A DNA stretch of 57,574 nt, filler included, from Sphacelaria rigidula (GCA_964200075.2; 7 parts of 7 records of this genome joined end to end with filler, not necessarily neighbours in it); one strand, 5' to 3'; numbered from the whole stretch's first letter, positions 37,529 through 50,738 are shown. Numbers and translations are program-made. The notes: a model not told the origin generated them from the letters alone.

Positions 37529-37803
37529 CTATCGGCCTTGGTGATTAGAGCCTCAACGCACAAACCCAGTGGGTCTTCGCCTGTGGGTCCTGCAAGTGGG
37601 TTTCCATACAGGATTATCCGTTGCAATTGTTCCAAAAATATCAGTCCTTCCACGTGGGTCTCATGCCCCACATAGTTGAAGCCCAGATCAAGTACCTCTA
37701 GAAGAGGAAAAGCGTATTCCGCCGTCTGTGGTGTAAAATGGATTCCTGTAAAATAGTTGAAGGAGAGGTTGAGCTCCCGCAAAGCGGGCAGCATAGACAA
37801 AAT
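37529..37803 (-). CDS. XRRA1: XRRA1-like LRR protein, internal exon
   Basis: gatcag|ATT ... AG|gtaggg, phase 0/2. LRRs LRELNLSFN, FPLLEVLDLGFN and LQRIILYGNPL. Confidence 0.8.
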
Positions 37804-38346
37804 CTGATCGGACGGACGGGCAGAGATAGAAGGCAAAACGGCCGTGTGAGGCTTCATCACAGAGGGATTATCGTTCGCACTTTGGCGATTTGCAAACGAG
37901 CAGGACCTCTCGTGGCTGATTGAAAGATACATGGGCGTTCATGCTCTGGAGGTTGCGGCCAGAGCAAGCATGCGACACAGCACGAACTACGGAACTCCGT
38001 CGCAGAGGTGAGGTGTACGTGGAAATTGGAAGGGCAATCAAAAGGGAGCAGGCTTTCAAAGCCGCTGTAGAGTTGACCAGAACTCGTGATTGTGGCAGCT
38101 CCGTCTGCTGCGGGTCCGACGATGCTCTCTTCCTCCAACTGCCGAATCCTACTACACTTTGCTCGCAGAGATTTAAGGACTGTTGGAGTCGGGCCGAAAA
38201 CCCTCGATCTTACCCGCAGCATCAAAATATAGGGGTCTGTCCTGATGGTGCAATCTCGCAAGCAAGTGAGAAACGCCTCCACTTCAGTTGTCCTGCTATC
38301 GTCTACATCATCAATCCTCTTGCTTCGATATGCACCGCCCTAGCAC

Positions 38347-38417
38347 GGGCGTACTCATGCGTTGCTTGCCTTAGTCGTGTGACCATTGACCACGCATCCC
38401 TTTCGAGACGGAGCGGA
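38347..38417 (-). mobile_element. LINE family A, 3' fragment in an intron, perfect TSD
   Basis: GCCCTAGCAC is duplicated at 38337-38346 and 38418-38427, next to a G-run. Confidence 0.85.
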
Positions 38418-38573
38418 GCCCTAGCACGGGGGGGGGGGGTTATGTTTGTTCGGTGGCTGCTGGGCACAGCAGCACCTCTTCAACCGTGTCCTGACCGCAC
38501 CAGCACCGTGGTAGCCAGACTAACGTGAGCTTCGTGAGCAATCCTACCTACAATAATCGAAGCATCTACTCAC

Positions 38574-39259
38574 ATCGATTACGCCGTCACTTTCCAGCTG
38601 ATTACGCTCCAACGACAGCTTCTGAAGTCGTGGCAAGTTCCCCATATCCGAAGGAAGCTCCGTGAGGCCATTGCACGTCAAGTCAAGGTCAAGCAGGGAG
38701 GGTAACAGCGCGAGCGCCGACAACGCGTGTGCACTGAGGTTGTTGTACGACAAGTCGAGCCGCCGCAATTCGCCGTAGCCCCTCCGCCCTCTCATGCTAC
38801 CAATTTCGCGTATATTGTTGCACGGCACGAAGAGCTCCTCTATCCGTGGTAGACCGGAAAAGCTCTCGAAGGGTAACGAGTTATCGCCCGCGTCGACCAC
38901 TTGCAGCCGAGAAAAGTACGTCAAATCTTCCCGCACCACCTCGACCAGACCCCTGCTGCTCACGTCCGCTCTTCGGCCCTCGTTCGGTAGTTCGCAACCG
39001 CAAGCATCGAGCAGCATGAACCCGTTCAGCTGTTTCGGTCGCTTTCTTCGCCTCTCTTCCGCGAGAAACTGCCGTCGTTGCTTCGCCTTTTCGATCTCGC
39101 GACGCCTGTCAGCGCCCACCTCAACGCCATGCGGCGTTGTTGTTGCTTCCGCTGCCGAAGCATAAGCACCGCTGCCCGCTGCCGCAAAATGGACACCGTC
39201 ATTGGCAAGGGCTGGGTGAATAGCACCGACTCGAGCTCCCTTGACGTCGCTGTTGTGAG
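38574..39259 (-). CDS. XRRA1: XRRA1-like LRR protein, main LRR exon (acceptor approximate; upstream exon unresolved)
   Basis: LNGFMLLDACGCELP...DLTYFSRLQVVDAGDNSLPFESFSGLPRIEEL...LDLSYNNLSAHALSALALLPSLLDLDLTCNGLTELP parallels the XRRA1 LRR block as I recall it. Donor GAT|gtgagt. Confidence 0.8.
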
Positions 39260-41096
39260 CTGATTGAGCGGTGGGGACGTTCAGGTGTTCGGGAGAGATG
39301 AGAACGGACTGTAGCCACCTGCACGTCGCGGTTGGTCCTTTCGTTGCGAGATGTAGGCGCCTATAAAAGGGGACATTGAGGCGAAGAAAGTTTTGCACGT
39401 CGGGCAGAGTCAGTAAGCACGTAGTATGCCGCAGCAGGGAAGGTGCCCCTGCGTTCACGTGTCCATCTTGTTCGACTTTTCAGCGTATCAGAAGCGTATG
39501 TCGCATGTCCAAAGTTTGTTGTTTGCGCACGTCGGCGTTATATTCTTGTTTATGTCGTTATAATTAAAAACACGTCAGTCGGATCACCACCCGAGAGACT
39601 CCAGAAAACAGAGTGGACCTACAATCTGAAATTGTGCAGTATTTCTCTCTGGTCCACATGACAATCCATTTATGAATGAGAGAAGCGTCACTCCTGCCGG
39701 AAAAGCGACATCGAAAACGTTTATTCTATTTAGCTGCACACCAGGCATGCTGTTGACAGTCCCGAATATAAAGGTTAAAGGGAAGGCGCCACCTCTTTCC
39801 CGCTAGACCCATGGAGGGCAGGGGATAACCGACCCATCAGTGAGGGATCTACCGTTTTGTAACGACAACATGGCATGTCCGCCATGTCTGCAAATGGGGA
39901 TGCTGCCGAGACATGAAAGGAGGGAAGTCTGGACAATGGCTAGAGGAGAGTATGGTTGACGACTTCTTGGGAAACAGGAACGGCGGGTGTTTTCAAGCCC
40001 TCCCTTGAAGATTTGCGGAGGGCTAGAGGGGAGGCAACGTGGCCCCCTGATTTACACGTGGTACTCGGAACTGTCAGCACGACGCTATTTATTACATACA
40101 ACGACGTATATACGCATATGAAGTGATTTTCAAGCCATATCGCGACAACTTAACGCCTTGCATGTGCAGTATCGCAGCAGTATCCACACGAGTTAGACGT
40201 GACGGAATTAGGGCGATCACTCGGTCAAGAAACCATGCTTCTTCTCGTAGAAGTCACGCCTTGCAGCATGCGCAGCGATCATTCGAAGAGCGAATGGCGT
40301 TTCTCGTGGAAACCACCTCCTCCAAGTGTGTGTGACCGTGAATTAAAGCACCGGCTTTTCGCATGTGTGTAGTCATCCTCTACTGTAGAGTTGAGCAAAC
40401 ACTCTCGCATGATTTCAGCCACCCTTAGCTCCCAGTCGGTGTCAGCTGTTGAAAACCTAGACACGTATCCCACGCCATGCCTGCGTGCCTACTTTGTAAA
40501 ACATTAGGATAAACCCTTTTGCCGCCGCACTCTTCAGGTGGACATTGGATGGACACCCGAAAAGCGGCAGCTTTGCTCGCACTGAATACGCCGCATGGTG
40601 CAAGTTAGGAGGGTGTCATCGAGACTAGCTGGGTGATATCGAAGTTTATTAATATCACAATCATCACATATGGAAATTTCCCTTGCTATTCGAATGGGCC
40701 AGATGGACAAACCGGCCGCAAAAGTCAAATCGAGCAAAAATACATGACATGCGTCCAACAGCACATGTGCCCAGTGAGGGTCTTTGTGGGCGAGGGCTTC
40801 ATGACGGCGCTGCGCGACTTCGACGGAAGGAGAGCATTGGCGGACCACTGTAGCGTATGTACTATTGTATGTAGCCATCTAAATCCTGTACAGGCAACTG
40901 TAACTGTGCGGTGCACCAACGTTGGATCGTGACAACACGATATGCACTTCTTCCGCGGGATTGTCCGCCCAAAATATCATACCGAAACGAGTCCCAGCGC
41001 TCAATAGGCCAAGTACGATTCCATACGTCGGACGAGCACGAGTGTCACTCGTGGCACTCGCACTCGTTGGGCTGCTTGTTGGCCGAAAAATGAATA

Positions 41097-41196
41097 NNNN
41101 NNNNNNNNNNNNNNNNNNNNNNNNNNNNNNNNNNNNNNNNTTAATTAATTAANNNNNNNNNNNNNNNNNNNNNNNNNNNNNNNNNNNNNNNNNNNN
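41097..41196. other. Artificial contig linker
   Basis: N44-TTAATTAATTAA-N44. Confidence 0.99.
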
Positions 41197-41697
41197 CTGG
41201 TATCGCCACTTCCCGAGACAGCCACAGCTTATACACTGCCTCATGGGTGCCTCACCATAAGCGGCGTTGTGGGGGGGCCGCTATCGTGGTGGGGGGAACA
41301 ACTGGATTTGAGCTATCGACTGCTGCCGAGATAGCTACCCCCCGAACCTGCCATAAACGTGCACGGAGGCGATGATCATAAAGGTCGTTAGAGCTGGTTT
41401 CGTGCTGCACAACGCGACTCATTTGGGCGTTACAGCTGATTTCGGACTGCTAAAGGCCTCTCATGTGGGCGAAATTGCTGCAAACGAGCCCAAAAGTGGG
41501 ATCGCAACCGGTTTGTCGGACGGTCTCCGGTGCACTTCTCGTGGGGAGGCTATCTCGGCATTAGTCTATCTGCATCATTTTTTTCGCGACCTCCCTCGAT
41601 AAGTCAAGCGGCGGTGACCAAGGCCGATTGTGTGGTGGTATCGGAACACGCTATGCTATACTCGTTACGTTGGAGCAAAGCGACGAGGAGGATTATC

Positions 41698-44600
41698 ATG
41701 GCGGACAATGAGAGTATTCGTGCGGTACTTAAAATGTGTGTACAAAATGTGATGGCAGAGACAAGGCTAATTTTCGAGAGTACCGAGACAAACTATGGGT
41801 GATCCTCTCCTTCCACCATAATGCGGCCGCAGAAATTCTGCAAGGGCGGCAGAGACCCGTACGCGCCGTAATTGGTGATGAACCGTCAACCCGTGATACG
41901 GCAACTTCACTGGCTTGGAATCGCGCAAACAATGAACTATTCAGCATCTTATTTTTCACCACGGGAAAATCAGCGAACAATACCGTGAGGCGTTTCATGG
42001 GGAAACTCCAGGAAGATGGGGTTGGCAATAGCCAAGCAGCGTGGACAGCACTGCAAGAAAAATATGACGGCAGCACAAAGAAGGCACGCAGGGAATTCCA
42101 TGATATACTCCACAACACGACGATGTAGTCAGGGGATGATCCGGAAGATTTTTTGTTTGTCATGGATGGCTACCGTGACCGCCTGGAGGAAATGGGGCAG
42201 TCCGTGCCTGACGAACGATATGAGGACATTATCCTTCGAGCCTTACCTGCCGAGTACGAGAGGGTCCGCATCGCTAGCTGTGAGAGGCGCGATTTGAATT
42301 TGTCGGACCTCAGATACATGGTCAGCACCATGTATGCTGGTTACCTTTCACGACCGGACACCACCAACTCGGTCGCAGGCCGCGGGGTTGCTATGCAGGC
42401 TAGTGGACGGAATGATGGCTGTAAAAGAAGTCAAGTAACATGCTACCACTGCGGAAAGCAAGGTCACGTTAGGAAAGATTGCCCCGCCCAAAGTGCGACC
42501 CGAGCACTGACAGGGGGAGACGGTCAGGACGGGAGAAACAATGGGAATGTAGGCAAATGGTGCTCTTTTCACAGGTCAACAATCCACAGCGAAGAAGAGG
42601 GCAGTTCCTTGCAACAACACAACCAGCAGACAGCCAATTTCGCACAATGGTCAGGGTATCCACCAGCCACCGGTACAAGGGGGCACCCTCCCGCGATCTC
42701 CTTGAATGCCCTAGAAGCGCCCAAAGCGAACCATCCCCAAGCGGACAACCTTTGGCCTTTCGCTCCAACGAACAAACCCGTTGCTTCTTTTGACAGCAGC
42801 GGCCTCCTCGGCGCCTTCGAAGGGGCCGACGGAGAGGAGGCCGGGGGTCCGGGGTTCTGGCGCAGAGCTCGCAACCTACTGCGGGGAATCAGGGAGACAC
42901 TTTTCCCAGTAGTGCGCGCGCTGGCCGTAATAACCGTAGTCCACTACGTCTGGTTGATGTTCGGGAACTCATTATACCCCCGGGCCACGTCGAACCTCGA
43001 CGACACCGCTGAAACGTTTGGCGGAATCACCGATGCTGATGATGGGACGGCTCTCGCGGCAGGACCCGCTCTTGACAAGTGGACTGAGGGTAGGAATAGT
43101 CATGTCAGTGTCATGGTAGACAGTGGTGCGTCGGGACATTACTTCGACGATACCCTCATCCCGGGGCTACGGTATAAACTCCACAACTACCAAGAGCTGG
43201 CGACCCCGTGTACGACCACCACCGCAGGGGGGCACCAACTGGCAGGGGTTGGTAAAGGACTGCTCCGCGGAAACATCCAAGACGGCGAAAGGGTCAAACG
43301 CCTGGTTCAGATTTCGTGTTTGGTCGTGCCTGGTTTGGGGCGGAATTTGTTCTCCGTCAAACAAGCGACACAGGAGTTGTATCTATTTTCGAAGTGAACA
43401 ATCCAAGACTTGAGACAAACAACTTCACCGTTCCGCTCCAGGAACTGGAGAGCGACCTGTATTTCTTCTCTCTGGAACTAAGCAGCGGCAACGACGCATC
43501 TGGACTGGCTATGCAAGCTGCAGACGCCGCCACGCTGTGGCATCGGCGAATGGGACACTTGAACAGCAATAGTTTGAATCTTCTCGAAAACGTCGGAAGC
43601 GACGGGGTGGATGTTGATGGAGCCGTTCCGGACTGTGATATTTGTGCTGTTGGGAAAAGTCATCAACTGGCCCACCCGAAGACAGCCAACAACAAAGTGC
43701 AACGCGCTTTTCAACTAGTCATGACAGATTTGATGGGACCGATCATGCCGGAGGCGCTGGGAGACTTCAAGTACGTCTGCAAGATCTCCGATAAGTATAC
43801 CAGATGGACAGAGATTTACCTACAAAAAAACAAGGACGTCACTCTTTATGCATCTCAGTCCTACGTACAGTCAATGATCATTCCTGGCGGTGTTCGGGTC
43901 GAACGACTCAGGGCAGACACAGGCGGGGAGTCCATTGGCAACGAGTTCAAGTCGTACTGTCGATAGGCATATTGCTAAAGTTTGCAAGCACCAATACACC
44001 ACAACAAATCGGCCTGTCAGAACGCGTAGGAAGGACGCTTGCAGCCATGGTCCGGTGCATGCTTGCTGACAGTCGTTTGCCGACTTTTCTCTGGGGGGAA
44101 TTGATGTTCACAGCGGCCTATCTTGCAAACAGATCACCGCATTCGGCGCTTGACATGCAGTCGCCTCATGAGATGCTGAAGGGGACAGAACCGGATCTCA
44201 AACACCTTCGAGTCGTCGGAGCCAGAGCGTTCGTAGATATCGAGCGGCATGCTTCGAAACTTGCTCCCAAAGCAGTTGAAGGACGACTAGTCGGGTACAG
44301 TAATGGCAGTAAGAGCTACCGAGTCTACGACCCGGTCACGCGACGTATCATTGAGAGCAGGACCGTCGTCTTCATCGAGACTCCGACACATTTTACCCCG
44401 ACGGCAGAGCCACAACTTCGGAAACACCCATTTTCACTTAGTGACCAGGACTCCAGCAACAGAGAGGGCCACAATTACGTCACCGACGACGACTTCTTCC
44501 ATGATCTTTGCGATCACACCTCCGTACTAGCTTAACCGGCTCACGCCTCCGTTGATCATATCACTGCCAGTGGGATATCTAACAATCCACAGGTGGCCGA

Positions 44601-46272
44601 GCTGCTGGAGAGAATCAGTGCCATCACCGAGCGGGACATGCTGCACGACGATGACACACCTCGTGAAGAAACGTCGCCAACAGCATCATCGGAGAGCCGT
44701 GCGCCGCTGGAACAAACTGCACCCCCTTCTCGGGACGAAGTTAGCCAATCCACATCACCAGTCGAATCACCACTGCTCAACCGCTCTCGACACTCTCGCC
44801 ATCGAGCAACTCCCGCCGTGACGTGCGCAGGCATTGCAGCGCGCTCCTTCAGGGAACGCAACACCAACAACGACGGCGCAGCTTCTGCGCAGCTTTCAAC
44901 AACTGTGGACGACAAAATGCTCTCCGAGCTACGGGGACTGCAAATACACACCAACGCGCTCCCACCAGATGTCGTGCACTAGATGTTTGGGGCGGAATCA
45001 GTCGTGGAGTATGCCTACACAACTACCAGCCTCTCGAGCTGTCCAGTGGGGGAGAACACCGCCTTTCTGAACGCCGAACTCAAGGAAGAGCTTTACGTCA
45101 AAAGAGCGCCAGGATACGAGGAGTTTGACGCCAATGGAACTCCGATGGTAATGCGGCTCCACAAAAGCCTCTATGGCCTCCGTCAAAGTCCAAACTGCTG
45201 GTGGGGAACGGTCGACACACACCTGGCGGAGATTGGATTCAAGAGCCTTAAGTCGGACCCTCGCGTGTACATATACCAAGAGAGCGGCGACGTCTACATT
45301 TCGACTTTATACGTCGATGACGTCCTACTGCTTGGGAAAGATGTCAAAGTGCTGGGAAGGATCAAGCATAAACTGATGGGACGTTTCTCGATGACGGACA
45401 TGGGAGGTGTATCGGTAGTGCTGGGAATGGAGGTTGTTCGTGATCTCATGAGGAAGACAGTCACCATCAGCCAGAAATGATTCACCAAGTCCCTCCTGGA
45501 ACGATACGGGATGGCGAATTGCAACCCAGCATACACTCCTGGTGTGGGACAAGAGAACTGTCACTGGACTAGCCGAGGGGGAGAGCTTTGAACGAGGAGG
45601 ACAAAAGGCGTCTTCAGGCCATTACGGTTAGTGTGATGTATCTCGCTCACGTGACACGCTACGACATCGGATACGCCGTGTTTCAACTGGCGCGGGCGAT
45701 GTCCAATCCATCGAAGGCGCATATGGCAGCTGCAAAACACTTACTTCGATATTTGGCCGGCACTACAGATCATGTCATAGCCTACAACCAGGGCGGTTTC
45801 CAATTGACGGCGTTCTCAGATGCGAATTGGGGCAACCACCCGGACAACGGGAAATCAACATCATCATATCTTATCTTTCTCTCGAATGGCCCCATCAGTT
45901 TTAAGGTAGGACTACAAGGACTCACCGCGCAATCGACGATGGAAGCAGAACTCGTGGCCGCTGCACTCACATGGAGGAAGGCATATTTTGCTCGAATATG
46001 ATGCGGGAGATGGGATTTGGCACACGCTTCGACTCCGTTCCTGTCTACATCGACAACACTTCAACTCTCCACGTCGCAGGCAACCAAACTTACAGCTCGA
46101 GAGTCAAGCATGTAGCTCTACGGTACTTCTTCATTCAGGAATGAGCCAAGGAGGGAAGGATCGACATTCGTTACGTCAAGACCGAAGACCAACTCGCAGA
46201 CATAGGGCCCAGGTACCTCAGCAAAACAGGCACCGCCATCTCGCCAAGCTGACCAGCACATTCAAAATATGA
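41698..46272 (+). mobile_element. Ty1/Copia gag-pol, pseudogenised by multiple stops and frameshifts; N-terminal part of RT deleted
   Basis: Domain order: gag (AAWTALQEKY; CYHCGKQGHVRKDC), protease (VDSGASGHY), integrase (LWHRRMGH/CDIC, TDLMGP, RADTGGE, PQQIGLSER), RT (TAFLNAEL, KSLYGLRQ, LYVDD), RNase H (FSDANWG, STMEAE). Confidence 0.97.
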
Positions 46273-46377
46273 GTACAGCCTGGTTGTAGCTTTGAGTTCT
46301 TACTTCGTCCTTAAGTGCCGGGACGGTTGTACTGATGTGGGTGTTTGAAACTAGTACGTATTTGCATTCAGGGGGAG

Positions 46378-46632
46378 TGTGAAGGGTTAAGAGTTATACT
46401 TGCGTTGAGTGGGAGTGTTAGAAAATGAGGCTGTGGAGCCATGCTCTTCAACGCTTCGTATGGTACTGACTTTACATATATGTAGTGCTGGGATCGCAGG
46501 TACCGGTCACGAAGGTTTGGTCTGATGTGGGAGCGTATAATGTGGGATAGTAGCTGTTATACATGAAGTAATCTTCTCTTTGACCGTGTACCTCCGATGC
46601 GTTGTTTTGTATTGTCTTGCCCACAAGCGGCA
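46378..46632 (+). repeat. 3' LTR of the Copia element
   Basis: PPT aggggggag-like tract at 46370-46377, then TGTGAAG. Ends at cccaca (46625) or agcggca (46632). Only the terminal ccataagcggcg resembles it at the 5' side (41255-41266). Confidence 0.65.
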
Positions 46633-48069
46633 CCTTGAACACTATCTTCTGTCTACACTCCGAAGCAGCCTGTCTGCTTGCTTGGCTTAACCGCCATTGC
46701 GCCAACTCTAGCGACGACGACAAAGGGGTTCCGAGTGAATCCTCCAACAAAATATCCAGTCAGTTATGTGTAGAATAGAATCAAGATGAGAGCGGAGCAA
46801 CACATGCACGGTCAGCAACGACGCGTTTTCTACTCATGGTCGCAGAGCGTTTAGATAGTCATTCCTAAATCAATATCCCATGCATGCCTGAGATGTTTGG
46901 CTCCTGATGGCGATTCGTCGGTCTGTATGGTCTGTCTGTGTGAAGGGTTCGTTTCGCTGCTTCGCTGTTCGTCTGCGTACCGTGTCGTATGCTGCGGGCG
47001 CGATATGATGCGCCGTCTCTTGTGTAGGGTGGATCGAAAACGGTATTGGTTGCGAGCGGCAGTACCCCAGTCAACACACAATTTCATTTGCGAGCAGATC
47101 AAGCCCGACACAGTGCACCAGCCGCCGTCACTCCAGTAAATCCAGTAACTCCTCACCATTTGATCGTGCCGCTCAGGGTTTAGGCCCACCGATTCCTTTC
47201 AGCTTGCACCGCCGTCCCAAGATGAGCGGTTTTCTTCGGCAAGTATGGCATTGAGTAAACACCGGGTGTTACTTTGTTTTCAAGACAAGATGCTCCCACG
47301 TGAAACCACACGTGCTACGCTTCTACCCTCGATGTATGTGCGTGTCTGATCCGGTTGCGTTGTAAAGGTGTAAAGTTCTCTAGTTATAATGTGTTCCAGT
47401 CACGCCCGTTGAGATTTTTCAGATCTGTCTCCGACTAAAAATAGTTGTTCCGATTTAGAGTTCTTCAGTGTGAAATCCCTCCGAAAAATCTGATGACGTG
47501 CTTTCCTGCCACAAGTCATGTTCTGGAGGGTGTGGCGGCGAAACTCTCTTCGGCGTACCTGCTGCCTGTTTTGGGAAAGCTTATGTTCCCCTCCGAGGTG
47601 TCTGGAAATTCCTTTTTTCAGAGGAGATTTCAGAAAAAATAATTTGCACTGCCTGAAATCCCCCCAAAACTGGGGATTTCTGGGCACGTTTGAAGATTTT
47701 GTTTCGGGGAGGGTGGTATCGGAGCGATCAATCAGCGATCGTTTTTAAGAAAAATAATTTGAAAAAAGAGGGGAGAATTCCATTCCGTTCGATAAAAATG
47801 GCCCTGATAGAGTACAGCAGCATATTACTGTACTTTATACTCTGTGATGGTATATGACCGCGTGCGAGAATTAAACTAGTACAGCAGAATACTGCGATTG
47901 ATCTACAAACGATCGGCGATTATGAAAAGATTCTAGTCGAATGTGTGCTTGTAAAGTAGATATGTAAGTGGTGTGTTTTTGGATCGGCGTTCTGAGGAAT
48001 CTCCAGACTGGTCTGCGCATCCCGACCGTGCAACTACGCACGTTTCTACGGACGCTTTGATTGGCCACA

Positions 48070-48316
48070 GAGTCATGCTACGATAGGGGGGGGTATTTTG
48101 GGCCGTTTTCTTCCACGAAATTCTGCTTGAAATCGTTGTTAATAGTAGCAACGGTTATTCAAATGTGCTTGCTTCCGATAAATAACGCTCGCTCATACCG
48201 CTTGACACCGCTTTCACCCGAATACAAGCGCACCGCGAGTGTGTTAGGTCGTCTGAAGCATTTATGAGCTCATTTTTTCGTGGAATCAACCCCCCCCCCC
48301 TATCGTAGCACGACTC
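48070..48316. mobile_element. Sola-like MITE, family B, best-preserved copy
   Basis: TIRs GAGTCATGCTACGATAGGGGG / CCCCCTATCGTAGCACGACTC. Perfect 4-bp TSD CACA. Confidence 0.85.
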
Positions 48317-49335
48317 CACAGCATGGCGCGTCAGGCTGATTTGTAGTCGGATTGCTTGTATCAGATTGGCCATATGGGGCACACGCCCGCCTAAGGCACG
48401 CGCCTTCATGAGTTGGTATTATGGTGAATTGTAAGCGAGGCAGGAGGGCGTGTTGGAAAAACAGCGGACCATAGCTGCTGCTACTCACCTCCCCCACTTG
48501 CGATCCACCGGTCACAGAGAGGCTTACAGCAGAACTAATCACACAAAGGACCATCAGCTTTTCATCTGCTCTGCACGACGTCTGACTCTCTGGCCAGCAA
48601 GCCGTTTCTCAAGAAGTGAGTGACGTGTAATATAATCCCTTTGTGTCTTTTGGTTTTTCCTTTCCTGAAAGAGGTCGGTGCTTACTCACAATAACTGCTG
48701 TCAAGCTGTTAACGTGTGCCGTGTGCGAGAGAACCTTACTGCTTGAGTTACAAGCTGAACACAGGACCAGCGGGTCACACTCACATATCTTGGGGTGCGG
48801 CTTGCTTGGTAGTGCCTACCGTTACACTTGTGGGGCTTCAGAGGTAGCTTGTTTCATTCAAGCTAAAGGGTTTTCTCTTTCGTCGGCCGTGTTCACGCAT
48901 CGGCCAAACACAAGCTCACGTTTGTTTGTTTTTCAAGTCCTGTATTTTCGGCGTTGATTTTCACTTGATATTTGTATCACAATTGATAGGGTGATCAGCT
49001 GTTTTGTTTTCAAAGGCAGCTGCCTCCTTTCCCACTTCGAGTTGACGAACCCTCCGACTCGGGTCTAGCTTCAGGTCTTCGATGTATCATACAGTATCGA
49101 CGCTGGCTTTGGGCGATGGCGACCGGACCATCAGGCGCTTGAGGTACACGTACACTCCATATGAACTGCGGTTTTCCTTTTCATATTTCACCACAGAACA
49201 ACAAATTGTGCGAATTGAGGTTTAACTTTCAGATGAGGTTCAAGCCTAAAACAGTGCTCTCCTCACACTTTCAGCGATGGTGCTCAATGACGTTTTTGTC
49301 GGCCTAATGCGCCTCGATCGCGTAGATACTTCTTC

Positions 49336-49435
49336 NNNNNNNNNNNNNNNNNNNNNNNNNNNNNNNNNNNNNNNNNNNNTTAATTAATTAANNNNNNNNN
49401 NNNNNNNNNNNNNNNNNNNNNNNNNNNNNNNNNNN
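49336..49435. other. Artificial contig linker
   Basis: N44-TTAATTAATTAA-N44. Confidence 0.99.
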
Positions 49436-49583
49436 CCCATGAAAAAAAAAATCGGGACCTTACAGACAGCTTTTCTTCATGCCCTGTTGATTGTCCATAC
49501 CAAATTTCACTTTCCAACTCCAAGAAAAAAAATTGCGAATTCGCCCGCAAAGTACAAATCCGCTTGTAGGCTGGCCCAGCCTG
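49436..49583. mobile_element. Right end of a Tc1/mariner-like non-autonomous element
   Basis: Ends ...TAGGCTGGCCCAGCCTG|TA. Similar to 33530-33672. Confidence 0.6.
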
Positions 49584-50265
49584 TATAAAGTCACTCGTCT
49601 ACAGTACAGACTGTCTGTGCTGTCTGCACTGCTTGCAAGCAGTGCCTTGAATGCGTGTGTGCGTGTTTCGTGCAAGAGGATATGAAGGAGAAGCGGGCAA
49701 CGTGCAGTGTAGACAGCCCAGAACTATCAGTTCTCTCTGCTCACCTAATACGACGTGAAAATGACTTGAGCAACGTGCAGCCCTGTACCACCTGCACTGT
49801 CCATGAGCGTGCACGCAACTCGGTTGCCCACCGTACCACGCAGTTCTGTCGCTGATGCCCACCATCAGAGAAGATGCGCAAGTTTTTGCCAACAAAAAAT
49901 GAACGAAGCACACCCGACTACTGCAGTGTATCTATCCCTGTGCTCAACTCGTGCTCTTTGCTGCAGGGTTGCGGTGGCAGCTGAGAATGAGTTGGATACA
50001 GTTTGCATGGTCAGGTGAACAGGTACTATTATATTTGGCGTGGTAGTCTGTAAGATAGGAGTCAAGTGCCGCTTCGTGCCTTTCGACCGCATGTTTTCGA
50101 TCTAACACGATTGATCTTTACCTTGAATATTTTTTCTCGCGCGCCGCGAACTACACTTTTGAGTTGAAGCCTTCAAAGCAATAAATGCGGTGCACCTATC
50201 AGATCGGCAAAAAGAAATCGACCGCACTTTTTCGATCGAAAAAAAAGTGCAAGGACACGCCTCAA

Positions 50266-50738
50266 GACTGACTCTAGTGGGACTCGTTCAAAAAAATTGT
50301 TCAAAACTGCCTTCTTGACCCTTCTTCGTCGTTTTACGCCTGAAAAGAGGGCTGGGCGGATGTCGACGCCTTGGAACGACTTACTCTACTCAATGAGATC
50401 ATTCCAAGGCAACTTTGCATTTCCCGCCGGCCGCACTTTTATTTTTAGCCAAACACGGATGTTCAATGAAAAACGGTCAAGCGATAAAAAAACAGGGTAA
50501 ATTTTTGCATCACCTTACCGCTTTTCACTGAAAATCTGTGTTCGGCCTGATTTGGCCAAAAACAAAAGTGCGGCCGGCGGGAAATGCAAAGTTGCCCTAG
50601 AACGGCCTCAACGAGTGGAGCAAGTCACTCCAAGGCTTCAACATCCGCCTAGCCCTCTTTTCGGGCGTAAATCGACGGAGAAGGGCCCAAAAGGCAATTT
50701 TTGACGGAAATTTTGAACGGCTCCCATTAGAGTTGGTC
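50266..50738. mobile_element. PIF/Harbinger (Tourist)-like foldback MITE
   Basis: About 220-bp imperfect inverted arms, e.g. ggcaactttgcatttcccgccggccgcactttt mirrored exactly. Termini GACTGACTCTAGTGG / CCATTAGAGTTGGTC, flanked by caa/taa. Confidence 0.75.

Noticed and set aside
39855-40047. Candidate upstream exon of the XRRA1-like gene (contains SCFP and a phase-1 gtagat donor)
   Set aside because: Several frames and boundaries are equally plausible, so it is not supportable without transcripts.
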